A DNA stretch of 64,000 nucleotides from Candidatus Cloacimonadota bacterium (GTDB lineage: Bacteria; Cloacimonadota; Cloacimonadia; Cloacimonadales; GCA-2742885), in the NCBI GenBank assembly GCA_002742885.1, contig PDOO01000029.1:9043-73042 (forward strand). Direction: 5' to 3'. The stretch's first letter is position 1. The number at the start of each line of letters is the position of its first letter. A program made the position numbers and the translations under genes. Below, one piece after another: positions 37,215 to 46,720 of the stretch. The notes below the pieces were generated by a model. The model did no database searches, was not told the DNA's origin, and saw only the letters and a program-made list of their open reading frames with translations.

Positions 37215-37695
37215 TTCAACCTCTGTAATTTAATTACGAAGATTACAAATTTCAAGCAGTCCGTAAGCTGTCAAATACAATACCGATAAACTTAGCTCGC
37301 GATGATCTGAATCAGGCAGCAGAATAAATTATCGTTAAAATTTTATTCTCTGAAAAGCCGTAAATTCAATTCTGAGGGGCGCAACTTATGTTGCTCGGTA
37401 AATTTTAGTTTCTCGAAGCAAATGCCGGAAATATGCGGTTTAATAATTCACTTCCCGGATTTCGTCAACTTTTGTTGTCTTGTTGAAAATCATGTTGCGA
37501 TTCAGTTAAAATATATGTTTTAAAAAATTATATTCTTATATGCAAATATGTTATAATCTTATTCTTTTTTTATTTTTCGCCTTTGGCATAATTTTTGTTG
37601 GAAAGGAAGGGCATTGCGAAATAATATTTCGGAATTTTAAGATGTTTATTTTGCTTGATAAAAAACAGTGATTTTAACCATGTAAGGAGGAATAA

Positions 37696-39024
37696 ATGAA
37701 ACTGGAAATAGGAAATTTCCAAGTCAAAGATGCAGTCTTCGGCGATAAGACTTCATTTGCAGACGGAATTTTAACCGTAAATAAACAGGAAGCTCTGGAT
37801 TACGTAAGGGAAGATTCTCATATTACCTTTGCGGACATCGAAATTGCTCGTCCCGGAGAATCGATTCGTATCGTCCCCATAAAAGAAGCTGTCGAACCCA
37901 GAGTTAAATTGGACGGAACGCCTCTTTTTCCCGGGGTAACCGGTGATTTGGCAAAATGCGGAAACGGAAAGTCTCATGCTCTTAAAGGTTGCAGCGTTAT
38001 GGCTGTCGGAAAACATTGGGGAAGCTTCGGAGACGGCTTGCTTGATATGAGCGGAGAAGGAGCAAAATATTCTTATTTCTCCCAATTAATTAATATTTGT
38101 CTGGTGGTTGATACCGACGAAGAATTTGAAAGATACGAGCAACAAAAGAAAAACAGAGCCATTCGCTGGGCTGCTCATAAGTTGGCTGAATTCATCGCCG
38201 AAAAATCAATCAAAGATTTGGAACCGGAATCGGTTGAAACTTTTGAATTGGAGCCGATTACCAAAAGAGGCGAGAAATTCAATGATCTTCCAAGCGTTGT
38301 TTTGGTTATGCAACCTCAATCTCAGATGGAAGAAGCCGGATACAATGATCTTGTTTACGGTTGGGATTTGAATAATTTCGTTCCTACTTTCATGCATCCG
38401 AACGAAGTTCTTGACGGAGCTCTTATTTCCGGAAGTTTCATGCCTTGCTCTTCAAAATGGTCAACTTACGACTTCCAGAATTTCCCTACAATTAAAGAAT
38501 TATACAGCCGTCACGGCAAAGAAATAAATTTCCTCGGCGTTATCATGAGCAATCTTAACGTTGCTCTCGACCAAAAACAGCGTTCGGCTCAATTTGTGGC
38601 TCAAATCGCCAAAACGTTAGGAGCCGACGGCGCCATCGTAACCGAAGAAGGTTACGGAAATCCTGATACAGACTACATTGCCTGCATTGCAGCTTTGGAA
38701 GATGTCGGAGTAAAAGTTGTCGGGATCAGCAATGAGTGTACCGGACGCGACGGAGCTTCACAGCCATTGGTTGCCTTGGATACAAAAGCCGATGCTTTGG
38801 TCTCCACCGGCAATGTTTCGCATCTTATCAAGCTTCCGCCCATGGATAAAGTTATCGGCGAATTGGAAGCTTTGGCTCGCGACGGTCTTTCAGGCGGTTG
38901 GGCTGATGATGAAATCTTGGGTTCTTCCGTAAAAGAAGACGGATCCGTTATTATGGAAAATAACGCAATGTTCTGCGGAGATCAGATTGCCGGCTGGTCA
39001 ACCAAAACCATGAAAGAATTTTAG
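37696..39024 (+). CDS. glycine/sarcosine/betaine reductase component B, GrdE/GrdG/GrdI-type subunit
   Basis: 442 aa. 'MKLEIGNFQVKD...', 'FMHPNEVLDGALISG' and its position directly upstream of the Sec-containing GrdB-type gene support the call. There is a strong SD (AAGGAGG). Confidence 0.85.
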   Translation: MKLEIGNFQVKDAVFGDKTSFADGILTVNKQEALDYVREDSHITFADIEIARPGESIRIVPIKEAVEPRVKLDGTPLFPGVTGDLAKCGNGKSHALKGCSVMAVGKHWGSFGDGLLDMSGEGAKYSYFSQLINICLVVDTDEEFERYEQQKKNRAIRWAAHKLAEFIAEKSIKDLEPESVETFELEPITKRGEKFNDLPSVVLVMQPQSQMEEAGYNDLVYGWDLNNFVPTFMHPNEVLDGALISGSFMPCSSKWSTYDFQNFPTIKELYSRHGKEINFLGVIMSNLNVALDQKQRSAQFVAQIAKTLGADGAIVTEEGYGNPDTDYIACIAALEDVGVKVVGISNECTGRDGASQPLVALDTKADALVSTGNVSHLIKLPPMDKVIGELEALARDGLSGGWADDEILGSSVKEDGSVIMENNAMFCGDQIAGWSTKTMKEF

Positions 39025-39035
39025 GAAGGTTTGAA

Positions 39036-40385
39036 ATGAAAAAAGCAATATTATACATAAATCAGTTTTTTGCGGGAATAGGCGGAGAAGATAAAGCCGA
39101 TCATGCTCCGGAAATTCGCGAAGGATTAGTCGGTCCCGCCCTTGCTCTCAATGATGTTCTTGATGCTGAAATTACTCATACCGTAGTTTGCGGCGATAAC
39201 TTTATGGGTTCAAAAACGGAAGAAGCAATAGATACGATTATCGGATTTCTCGACGGTAAGGACTTTGACATTTTCTTTGCAGGTCCCGCTTTCAGAGCAG
39301 GACGTTACGGAGTTGCCTGCGGGCATATTTGCAAAGCTGTTAAGGAAAAATTCAATGTTCCGGTTATTACATCCATGAACGAAGAAAATCCGGGTGTTGA
39401 AATGTTCAAAGCTGAAATGCCTGTTTTTAAAGGCGGTAAAAGCGCTGCCAAGATGCGCGCAGACGTCAAAAAAATGGCGAAATACGCCAATAAGATTTTG
39501 AATGGCGAAGAAACTCTCGGAGCTGATGCAGAAGGTTATTTCCCTCGCGGCATCAGACAGCAGGTTTGGTTGAAAGGAGAAGAAGCTGTTTCTGCCGCAA
39601 AACGCGGCGTTGACATGCTTATCAAAAAAATGAGCGGTCTTCCTTATCAAACCGAATTAGTTATTCCGAAAGTTGATATGGTTCCGATTGCTGCTCCGGT
39701 TAAGGATCTTTCCAAAGCCAGAATCGCAATTGTTACCAGCGGCGGTATTGTCCCGGTTGATAATCCTGACAAAATTCAGTCTGCTTCTGCTACTCGCTGG
39801 GGAAAATACGATATTTCCATGTTAGACAGATTGCCGGCAGCCGGAGACGATTCTCCCGAATCAAATCCGCATAAAGCTTACAAAACAATTCATGCCGGTT
39901 ATGATCCGGCGGCGGCAGATACCGATCCCAACAGAGTTGTTCCTTTGGATGCCCTTCGCGCTTATCAAAAAGAAGGAAAAATCGGCTCGGTTGCCAAATA
40001 TTTCTATTCAACCGTAGGAACCGGAACTACTCAGGCTGAAGCTGCCAGAATGGGAAATGAGATAGTTGAACATCTCCGCGAAGATAATACGGATGCTGTT
40101 ATAATGACATCTACGTGAGGCACTTGCACACGTTGCGGCGCAACGATGCTTAAAGAAATTGAAAGAGCCGGTTTCCCGATTGTCCAAATGGCAAATCTTA
40201 TTCCTGTTTCCGTTTCAGTCGGAGCCAATAAAATTGTTCCGACCATTTCCATTCCTTATCCGTTGGGAGACCCGAATACTCCTGCCGAAGATCAATGGAA
40301 ATTGCGTTATCACAGAGTCGGAGTCGCTCTTGATGCTTTGACTGCCGACATAAAAGAACAAACAATATTTAAAGTTAAAATCTAA
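39036..40385 (+). CDS. glycine/sarcosine/betaine reductase component B selenoprotein (GrdB/F/H type), Sec at codon 361
   Basis: Track ORFs 39036..40118 and 40146..40385 are in frame across TGA 40116-40118. The junction reads 'IMTST-U-GTCTRCGATM', the GrdB-family UxxCxxC selenocysteine site. Confidence 0.9.
40131..40145 (+). promoter_or_regulatory. SECIS-like hairpin after the grdB-type TGA
   Basis: CGUUGC-GGC-GCAACG has a 6-bp stem and starts 12 nt after the UGA. Confidence 0.5.
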
Positions 40386-40443
40386 ATTTTAATCAGGGAC
40401 TGTTTTTTTATAGAACAGTCCCGCAACATTTTACGGAAAAGTT

Positions 40444-41928
40444 ATGAAGAAACAAAATCAAACGGTATTCTACGTATCATTTATCGTAACCCTTGCGATA
40501 TCCCTTTGGGGAATGCTTGCTCCCGAGACTTTCGGAAAGCAGGCTCAGACGTTATTCAATTATTTGACGACAAATTTCGGTTGGCTTTATTTAATTACAA
40601 TGTTTTCCTTTATAGGTTTTTCTCTTTATTTGGCGGGCAGTAAATACGGTTCCGTTAAACTTGGAAAGGATGACTCTGAACCGGAGTACAGTTATATCTC
40701 ATGGTTTGCCATGCTTTTCAGCGCAGGTATGGGCATCGGATTGGTTTTTTGGGGAATTGCCGAACCTCTAAACCATTACATGTCTCAATGGGGAGCCGAA
40801 CCCGGAACTGCTCAGGCGGCGGATTTTGCCATAAAAAAATCTTTCTTTCACTGGGGACTTCATCCATGGGCAGGTTACAGCGTTGTAGCTTTGGCTTTGG
40901 CTTATATGCAATTCAGAAAGAATAAACCCGGGCTTATTTCGAGTATTTTTATTCCTGTTTTGGGAGATGATGCGCAACATACGCTTGTCGGAAAAATAAT
41001 AGATATTCTGGCTATTTTTGCTACTGTTGCCGGAGTTGCCACCTCTTTGGGCATGGGAACTCTCCAAATTGAAAGCGGTTTAAATTATTTGTTTGGGGTT
41101 CCGATAAATACCGTTACGGAGATTATCATTATAATAGCGGTAACATTCTTGTTTATGCTTTCGGCGATAACCGGTTTGGATAAAGGAATTAAGATACTGT
41201 CTAATTGCAATTTAAGCCTTGCCGGTCTTTTGATGATTTTAGGTTTGATTATCGGACCGACCGTAATGATCATAAATGCTTTTACCAATGGTATCGGCAT
41301 GTATTTTCAAGATATTATTCAAGACAGTTTTAATGTTGAAGCATTCGGCAACAATAGTTTTGTTAACGGCTGGACAATTTTTTATTGGGCATGGTGGATT
41401 GCCTGGGCTCCTTTTGTGGGCGTATTTATTGCCAGAATTTCCCGGGGGAGAACTATTCGCGAATTTGTAACAGGAGTTCTTCTTGTTCCCGCATTGGGTT
41501 CTTTTCTCTGGTTTGCCATTTTCGGAACTATGGGGATTGCTCAAGGTTCGGAAGTTGCCTCTGAAGCAATTAAATCGACTCCTACCGCTCTTTTTGTGGT
41601 AATGGGGCATTATCCCATGGGAGCCGTTATAAGTTTTGTTGCAGTTATTTTGCTTTGTACTTTCTTTGTAACTTCTGCCGATTCAGCCACTTTTGTTTTG
41701 GGAATGATGTCGCAAAACGGAAATCTTAATCCGGATACCAAACGTAAAGTCGTTTGGGGAATTATCCAGTCATTGTTGGCTTTGGCGCTGATGTTGACCG
41801 GCGGTTTAAAAGCATTGCAGACGGGATCCATCGTTGCTGCTTTTCCGTTCCTTTTTGTAATGATTTTTGCGATGTACTCTTTCTTTAAGGCATTGAAAAG
41901 CGACGATAAGTTTAAGAAAAACAAGTAA
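40444..41928 (+). CDS. BCCT-family (betaine/carnitine/choline) transporter
   Basis: 494 aa with about 12 TM segments. 'ISWFAMLFSAGMGIGLVFWGIAEP' and 'WTIFYWAWWIAWAPFVGVFIARISRGRTIREF' form the BCCT Trp-rich signature. Confidence 0.9.
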   Translation: MKKQNQTVFYVSFIVTLAISLWGMLAPETFGKQAQTLFNYLTTNFGWLYLITMFSFIGFSLYLAGSKYGSVKLGKDDSEPEYSYISWFAMLFSAGMGIGLVFWGIAEPLNHYMSQWGAEPGTAQAADFAIKKSFFHWGLHPWAGYSVVALALAYMQFRKNKPGLISSIFIPVLGDDAQHTLVGKIIDILAIFATVAGVATSLGMGTLQIESGLNYLFGVPINTVTEIIIIIAVTFLFMLSAITGLDKGIKILSNCNLSLAGLLMILGLIIGPTVMIINAFTNGIGMYFQDIIQDSFNVEAFGNNSFVNGWTIFYWAWWIAWAPFVGVFIARISRGRTIREFVTGVLLVPALGSFLWFAIFGTMGIAQGSEVASEAIKSTPTALFVVMGHYPMGAVISFVAVILLCTFFVTSADSATFVLGMMSQNGNLNPDTKRKVVWGIIQSLLALALMLTGGLKALQTGSIVAAFPFLFVMIFAMYSFFKALKSDDKFKKNK

Positions 41929-42182
41929 AAACAAGCGATAAAGGGGGCAACGTTTTTTTTCTTTTCAGAGAATGCAATAATTTTTTTTATCTGTAAAATG
42001 GAATCTGACGATAAATTATTTATTGCATTCCTCTGAAATTCAGACAGGCTTTTACGGTTAATTTCGATTAAAATAAAATAAAGTTTGAAAATTTATTTTT
42101 TTTATGGACAAAGAATAAGTCTGAAAATCTTTGAAATCCGTTTACTTAAAGAATAAAATAAAAATAAATACAATGTGAGGAT

Positions 42183-43385
42183 ATGATGAATGAAATCTAT
42201 GATCTTATAATAATCGGCGGCGGACCGGGAGGATTATCTGCCGGTGTTTATGCGGCTCGCTCTAAAATGAAGACTTTATGTCTGGAAGAGAAAAGAAGAG
42301 TCGGCGGTCAATGCGCAACTACTACGGAAATGGAAAATTATCCGGGTATTCTTGAGTCAACGGGACCGGGTTTGATGGATAATTTCCGAGCTCACTGCGA
42401 AAAATTCGGAGTTGAGTTCAGAAGAGGAAAAGTCGATTCTTTGGAGATTGCGGAAGACGGATTCATTAAAACGGTCAATACTCAAAAAGGCGAAAAAATT
42501 TACGGTAAATCCATTATCATTTCAACAGGAGCCGAGGCTAGAGTTTTAGGTATTCCGGGCGAAAGAGAATTACGAGGACGCGGTGTTTCTTATTGCGCAA
42601 CTTGCGATGCCGATTTTTTTGAAGACCTTGATATAATTGTTGTGGGAAGCGGAAATACGGCAGTTGAAGAATCTGTGTTTCTGACTAAATTCGTGAATAA
42701 AATAACAATGGTTATCCTTCATGAAGAAGGAAAAATGGATGCCGATAAAACTGCTCAAGAACAATGTCTGGCGAATGAAAAAATCGATTATATCTGGAAT
42801 TCCACGGTTGAAGAAATAGTCGGAGATGAGCTGGTTACCGGAGTCAGGGTTAAAAATATTAAAACCGGAGAAATCAGTGAAGTCGAATGCGACGGAGTTT
42901 TTATGTTTGTGGGAACGGTTCCAAAAACTGATTTTGTAAAAGATTTAATTGAACTCACTCCTCATAAATATATAAAAACAACCGAAAAAATGGAAACAAA
43001 TATTCCCGGTATTTTTGCCGCAGGAGATGTTCGGGATAAATATCTTCGTCAAGTCGTAACAGCAGCCGGAGACGGCGCAATTGCCGCAGTAGCCGCAGAA
43101 AAATACGTTGAAAACGAAGAAATGTGGCAAAAAAATGTTTTGAAAGCCGAGAAACCGGTTGTCGTTGCTTTTTGGAGTCCTGTAAATAAAGAAAGTATGG
43201 CTGTTTTGACGAAATTGGAAGTCGCAGAAAGAGATGAATACGATCTTGTAAAAATAGATGCCTACAAAGATTCCATGTTGGCAGATCGATACGGAGTAAA
43301 AGAACTTCCCGCAGTTCTCAGATTTGAATCCGGTAAATTGATTAAGAAATACGATCTTGAAAAAGAACTGGACGAAATAATTTGA
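42183..43385 (+). CDS. trxB: thioredoxin-disulfide reductase fused to a Cys-less thioredoxin-fold C-terminal domain
   Basis: 'DLIIIGGGPGGLSAG', redox 'CATCDADFF', 'VVGSGNTAVEES' and 'GIFAAGDV' identify TrxB. The C-terminal roughly 90 aa, 'PVVVAFWSPVNKESMAVL...ELPAVLRFESGKL', is Trx-like but has no CxxC. Confidence 0.88.
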   Translation: MMNEIYDLIIIGGGPGGLSAGVYAARSKMKTLCLEEKRRVGGQCATTTEMENYPGILESTGPGLMDNFRAHCEKFGVEFRRGKVDSLEIAEDGFIKTVNTQKGEKIYGKSIIISTGAEARVLGIPGERELRGRGVSYCATCDADFFEDLDIIVVGSGNTAVEESVFLTKFVNKITMVILHEEGKMDADKTAQEQCLANEKIDYIWNSTVEEIVGDELVTGVRVKNIKTGEISEVECDGVFMFVGTVPKTDFVKDLIELTPHKYIKTTEKMETNIPGIFAAGDVRDKYLRQVVTAAGDGAIAAVAAEKYVENEEMWQKNVLKAEKPVVVAFWSPVNKESMAVLTKLEVAERDEYDLVKIDAYKDSMLADRYGVKELPAVLRFESGKLIKKYDLEKELDEII

Positions 43386-43436
43386 TAAATATTTAACGCA
43401 TAAAACAATTAATACTTTATAACAAAGGAGTCATAA

Positions 43437-43889
43437 ATGTTAAAAGGAAAAAAAGTCATCGCTATAGGCGACAGAGACGGAATTCCCGGTCCGGCTATTG
43501 AAGAATGCGCAAAATCAGCCGGCGCGGAAGTAATATTTGCTTCAACCGAATGCTTTGTCTGAACGGCTGCCGGAGCTATGGATCTGGAGATCCAAAAAAG
43601 AGTTAAAGAATTGGCTGAAAAAGAAGGAAAAGAAAACCTGGTAGTATTGCTCGGAGGAGCCGAAGCCGAGGCTTCCGGATTGGCTGCCGAAACAGTTCTT
43701 ACCGGCGATCCGACTTTTGCGGGACCTCTTTCCGGAGTTGCATTGGGACTTGACGTTTATCACATCACCGAACAGGAAATTAAAGATGAAGTAAATGCCG
43801 AAGTTTATGAAGAACAATGCGGAATGATGGAAATGGTTCTTGATGTTGATGAAATTAAAAGCGAAATGGATGAAATACGTAACGCTTAG
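43437..43889 (+). CDS. grdA: glycine/sarcosine/betaine reductase complex selenoprotein A, Sec at codon 42
   Basis: I hand-translated from ATG 43437: '[42 protein letters not shown](TGA 43560)-TAAGAMDLE...', in frame with track ORF 43578..43889. 'CFVUTAAGAMD' is the GrdA active-site signature. Confidence 0.95.
43580..43593 (+). promoter_or_regulatory. SECIS-like hairpin after grdA TGA
   Basis: GGAUC-UGGA-GAUCC starts 17 nt after the UGA. A weaker GCU-GCCGG-AGC stem precedes it. Confidence 0.45.
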
Positions 43890-43912
43890 TCAATGCTTAA
43901 AAAATATTTGTA

Positions 43913-43944
43913 AGGGCATGTCTTTATTGATATGCCCTCTTTTT
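43913..43944 (+). terminator. terminator/attenuator-like hairpin between grdA and grdC
   Basis: AGGGCAU-12 nt-AUGCCCU followed by CUUUUU, 24 nt after the grdA stop. Confidence 0.6.
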
Positions 43945-44000
43945 AAAAATAAATCATCTTTGTCGATTATGCAGAGTTCGACAAAATTAAAGGAGAAATA

Positions 44001-45539
44001 ATGACTTATCCCGTTATAAAGGCTTCAAGTTATGTTTTGGTGCATACCCCGGATGTATTAAAACAAAACGGAGCTACTCAGGTCAGTACAAGATTGCAAG
44101 ATCCGAATCATGAGTATCTTTTGAATATAGATAAAAGTTTAAGAAATTTTGACGAAGTTGTCAGATATGCGCCTAATCAGGTTTATATCGGCAATGTCAG
44201 TACGGAAGATCTTCGAGAAATTGCAAAACCTTGGTTCAAAGAAGAAAATCTTTCGGAAAACAAGCGTTTCGGTAAATTCGGCGAAATTATGCCGCAAGAC
44301 GAATTTTATCTTTTGGTTCAACACGCAGATTCTTTCGGTTTGGTTTTGTTGACTCCGGAATTTATTGAAAAAACTTCTCCCAAAATAGAAGTTCATCCCG
44401 TATTGAGCAAAATGAACATTAAAAATACAGGAACAGATTTAGCCGCAATTAAAGAATTGGTTGATGCTCACGCCGCCGAAGGTCTGTACCAAGACGGAGA
44501 ACTTATCGGTTGCGTCAAAGAAGCTCATAATACCGATGAAAATCTCAGCGCTCACTTTATGCTTGAAAATCTTATGGTAAAAGCTTCCGGAGCTTTGACT
44601 TTAATGAACATGGCGGAAAGAAATAATCTTGATTTGGCTTCGATAGATTATATTATCGAGTGTTCGGAAGAAGCCTGCGGCGATGTAAATCAGCGCGGCG
44701 GAGGCAACTTTGCCAAAGCTGTCGGAGAAGTTTGCGGTTGCGTAAATGCCACAGGTTCGGATGTTCGTTCTTTTTGCGCTGCTCCGGCTCATGCCGTTGT
44801 TTACGCATCTTCTCTGGTAAAATCAGGTATTTATAAAAATGTTGTCGTGGTTGCCGGCGGAGCTGTTGCCAAACTCGGAATGAACGGTAAAGACCACGTC
44901 AAAAAAGAAATGCCGATTTTGGAAGATACTTTGGGCGGATTTGCCGTTTGCGTAAGCGAAAACGACGGCGTTAATCCTATTATCAGAACAGACATTATCG
45001 GTCGCCATAAAATAGGAACAGGTTCTTCTCCGCAAGCCGTAATGACTTCTTTGATCGCAGAACCGCTTGAAAGAAACAATCTGAAAATTGTCGATATAGA
45101 CAAATATTCTCCCGAAATGCAAAATCCGGAAATTACGGTTCCCGCAGGCGCCGGCGACGTTCCTCTTTCCAATTTCAAAATGATAGGAGCCTTAGCCGTT
45201 AAACGTAAAGAAATGGACAGAAAAGATATTCAAAACTTCGTAAATGAACACGGTGTAATCGGTTTTGCCGTAACTCAAGGTCATATTCCGTCCGGAGTTC
45301 CTTATATCGGACCGGCTCGAGAATTAATGTTGGAAAACAAACTTAATAATGCCATGATCGTCGGTAAAGGTTCTTTGTTCTTGGGAAGAATGACCAATCT
45401 TTTTGACGGCGTTTCGTTTGTAATCGAAAAAAATCCTGGAAAAGTCGAAGAAACGGAAGCTTTTGATGAAGCAAAAGTTAAAAGTCTGATTGCCGAATCA
45501 ATGCGTAAAATGGCAGCAACCCTTTTTGCTGAAGAATAG
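44001..45539 (+). CDS. grdC: glycine reductase complex component C, beta subunit
   Basis: 512 aa with a thiolase-like fold. Its position after grdA and before grdD and its conserved N-terminus 'YPVIKASSYVLVHTPD' support the call. Confidence 0.88.
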   Translation: MTYPVIKASSYVLVHTPDVLKQNGATQVSTRLQDPNHEYLLNIDKSLRNFDEVVRYAPNQVYIGNVSTEDLREIAKPWFKEENLSENKRFGKFGEIMPQDEFYLLVQHADSFGLVLLTPEFIEKTSPKIEVHPVLSKMNIKNTGTDLAAIKELVDAHAAEGLYQDGELIGCVKEAHNTDENLSAHFMLENLMVKASGALTLMNMAERNNLDLASIDYIIECSEEACGDVNQRGGGNFAKAVGEVCGCVNATGSDVRSFCAAPAHAVVYASSLVKSGIYKNVVVVAGGAVAKLGMNGKDHVKKEMPILEDTLGGFAVCVSENDGVNPIIRTDIIGRHKIGTGSSPQAVMTSLIAEPLERNNLKIVDIDKYSPEMQNPEITVPAGAGDVPLSNFKMIGALAVKRKEMDRKDIQNFVNEHGVIGFAVTQGHIPSGVPYIGPARELMLENKLNNAMIVGKGSLFLGRMTNLFDGVSFVIEKNPGKVEETEAFDEAKVKSLIAESMRKMAATLFAEE

Positions 45540-45547
45540 GAATTGTT

Positions 45548-46699
45548 ATGTCCCGAAATTTAAATAAAAAAATCGCTGAAATATTCACGAATATTGCGGA
45601 TGCCATAGAGTCAGGAAGTTTTGCCGAGAGAAAAAGAATCGGTCTCACGATTTTGGGCAGCGAACATCCGATTTCAGAATTGGTTCGAGGCGCCGAACTT
45701 GCCTCGGAAAAATATTCCGATCTTGAAATTGTTCTGATAGGAGAAGGCGCCGAAACAGATTTGGAAATGTTGCCGGCAAAAGATCTGGATGAATGCCATA
45801 AGGTAATGGAAAAAGCATTGGCTGAAGGAGTTATTCACGGTTGCGTAACTTTACATTATAATTTTCCGCTCGGCGTATCTACCGTGGGAAGATTAATTAC
45901 TCCCGGACGCGGAAAAGAAATGATTCTCGCCACCACGACCGGAACTTCCGATACGGAAAGAGTTGCCGGAATGGTTAAAAATGCAATTTACGGTGTTGCC
46001 GTTGCCAAATCTTTGGGCAATAAAAACCCTAAAATCGGTATTCTTAACATAGACGGAGCAAACCCGACGGGAAGAAAATTAAAAGAATTGAAAGAAAACG
46101 GTTATGAAATAGATTTTGCCGAATCCGCAAGAAGAGACGGCGGAATCACCATGCGCGGAAACGACCTCTTGGTCGGAACACCCGATGTGATGGTTTGCGA
46201 TACTTTAACCGGAAATCTTTTGATGAAAATGTTTTCTTCGTTTACGACGGGAGGAAGTTATGAAGCTTCCGGTTACGGTTACGGTCCCGGAATAGGCGAA
46301 AATTTCGATTCCGTCATTTCGATTATCTCTCGAGCATCCGGAGCTCCCGTTATTTGCGAAGCTTTGCGTTACAATGCCGATGCGGTAAGCGGTAAGGTTT
46401 TCGATATTCTCAAAAAAGAATTTGATTCTGCCCGAAAAGCCGGTTTGGACGAAATTCTTAAACCTGCTGTAAAAGAAGCGGTAACCAAAGAAGTTGTTTG
46501 TCCGCCCAAAAAAGTTGTGAGCGAACAAATTCCCGGAATCGATATTCTGGAGATCGAAGAAGCCAAAGAAGAACTTTGGGAAGAAAAAATTTATGCGGAA
46601 ACTGGTATGGGTTGCACAGGTCCCATTATTATTGTGGCAAAAGAAGATTTGGAAAGTGCCAAAAAAGTCTTGGCTGCCGCAAAATATATCTCTGCATAA
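45548..46699 (+). CDS. grdD: glycine reductase complex component C, alpha subunit
   Basis: 383 aa. It has PlsX/FabH-like blocks 'GILNIDGAN', 'VMVCDTLTGNLLMK' and a C-terminal 'GMGCTGPII'. Confidence 0.88.
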   Translation: MSRNLNKKIAEIFTNIADAIESGSFAERKRIGLTILGSEHPISELVRGAELASEKYSDLEIVLIGEGAETDLEMLPAKDLDECHKVMEKALAEGVIHGCVTLHYNFPLGVSTVGRLITPGRGKEMILATTTGTSDTERVAGMVKNAIYGVAVAKSLGNKNPKIGILNIDGANPTGRKLKELKENGYEIDFAESARRDGGITMRGNDLLVGTPDVMVCDTLTGNLLMKMFSSFTTGGSYEASGYGYGPGIGENFDSVISIISRASGAPVICEALRYNADAVSGKVFDILKKEFDSARKAGLDEILKPAVKEAVTKEVVCPPKKVVSEQIPGIDILEIEEAKEELWEEKIYAETGMGCTGPIIIVAKEDLESAKKVLAAAKYISA

Positions 46700-46720
46700 A
46701 ACATAAATATATATTTATTC

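Noticed and set aside
37290-37410. A possible glycine riboswitch in the bioB/grd intergenic region (CUCUGAAAAG...CUGAGGGGCGCAAC, with an upstream AUCAGGCAGCAG).
   Set aside because: It only loosely resembles the GGAGAG / ACCGAAGGGGCAA / CUCAGGCAAAAGGAC cores. I could not build the P1-P3 helices by eye, and it lies about 300 nt from the grd start codon. A covariance-model scan (Rfam RF00504) would settle it.
40146-40385. The 79-aa track ORF called as a separate gene.
   Set aside because: It is in frame with 39036..40118 across TGA 40116 and begins inside the GrdB-family 'U-GTCTRCGATM' motif. It is the C-terminus of the selenoprotein.
43578-43889. The 103-aa track ORF taken as the complete grdA.
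   Set aside because: Hand translation from ATG 43437 gives the canonical GrdA N-terminus and 'CFVU' at TGA 43560. The track ORF is only the post-Sec part.
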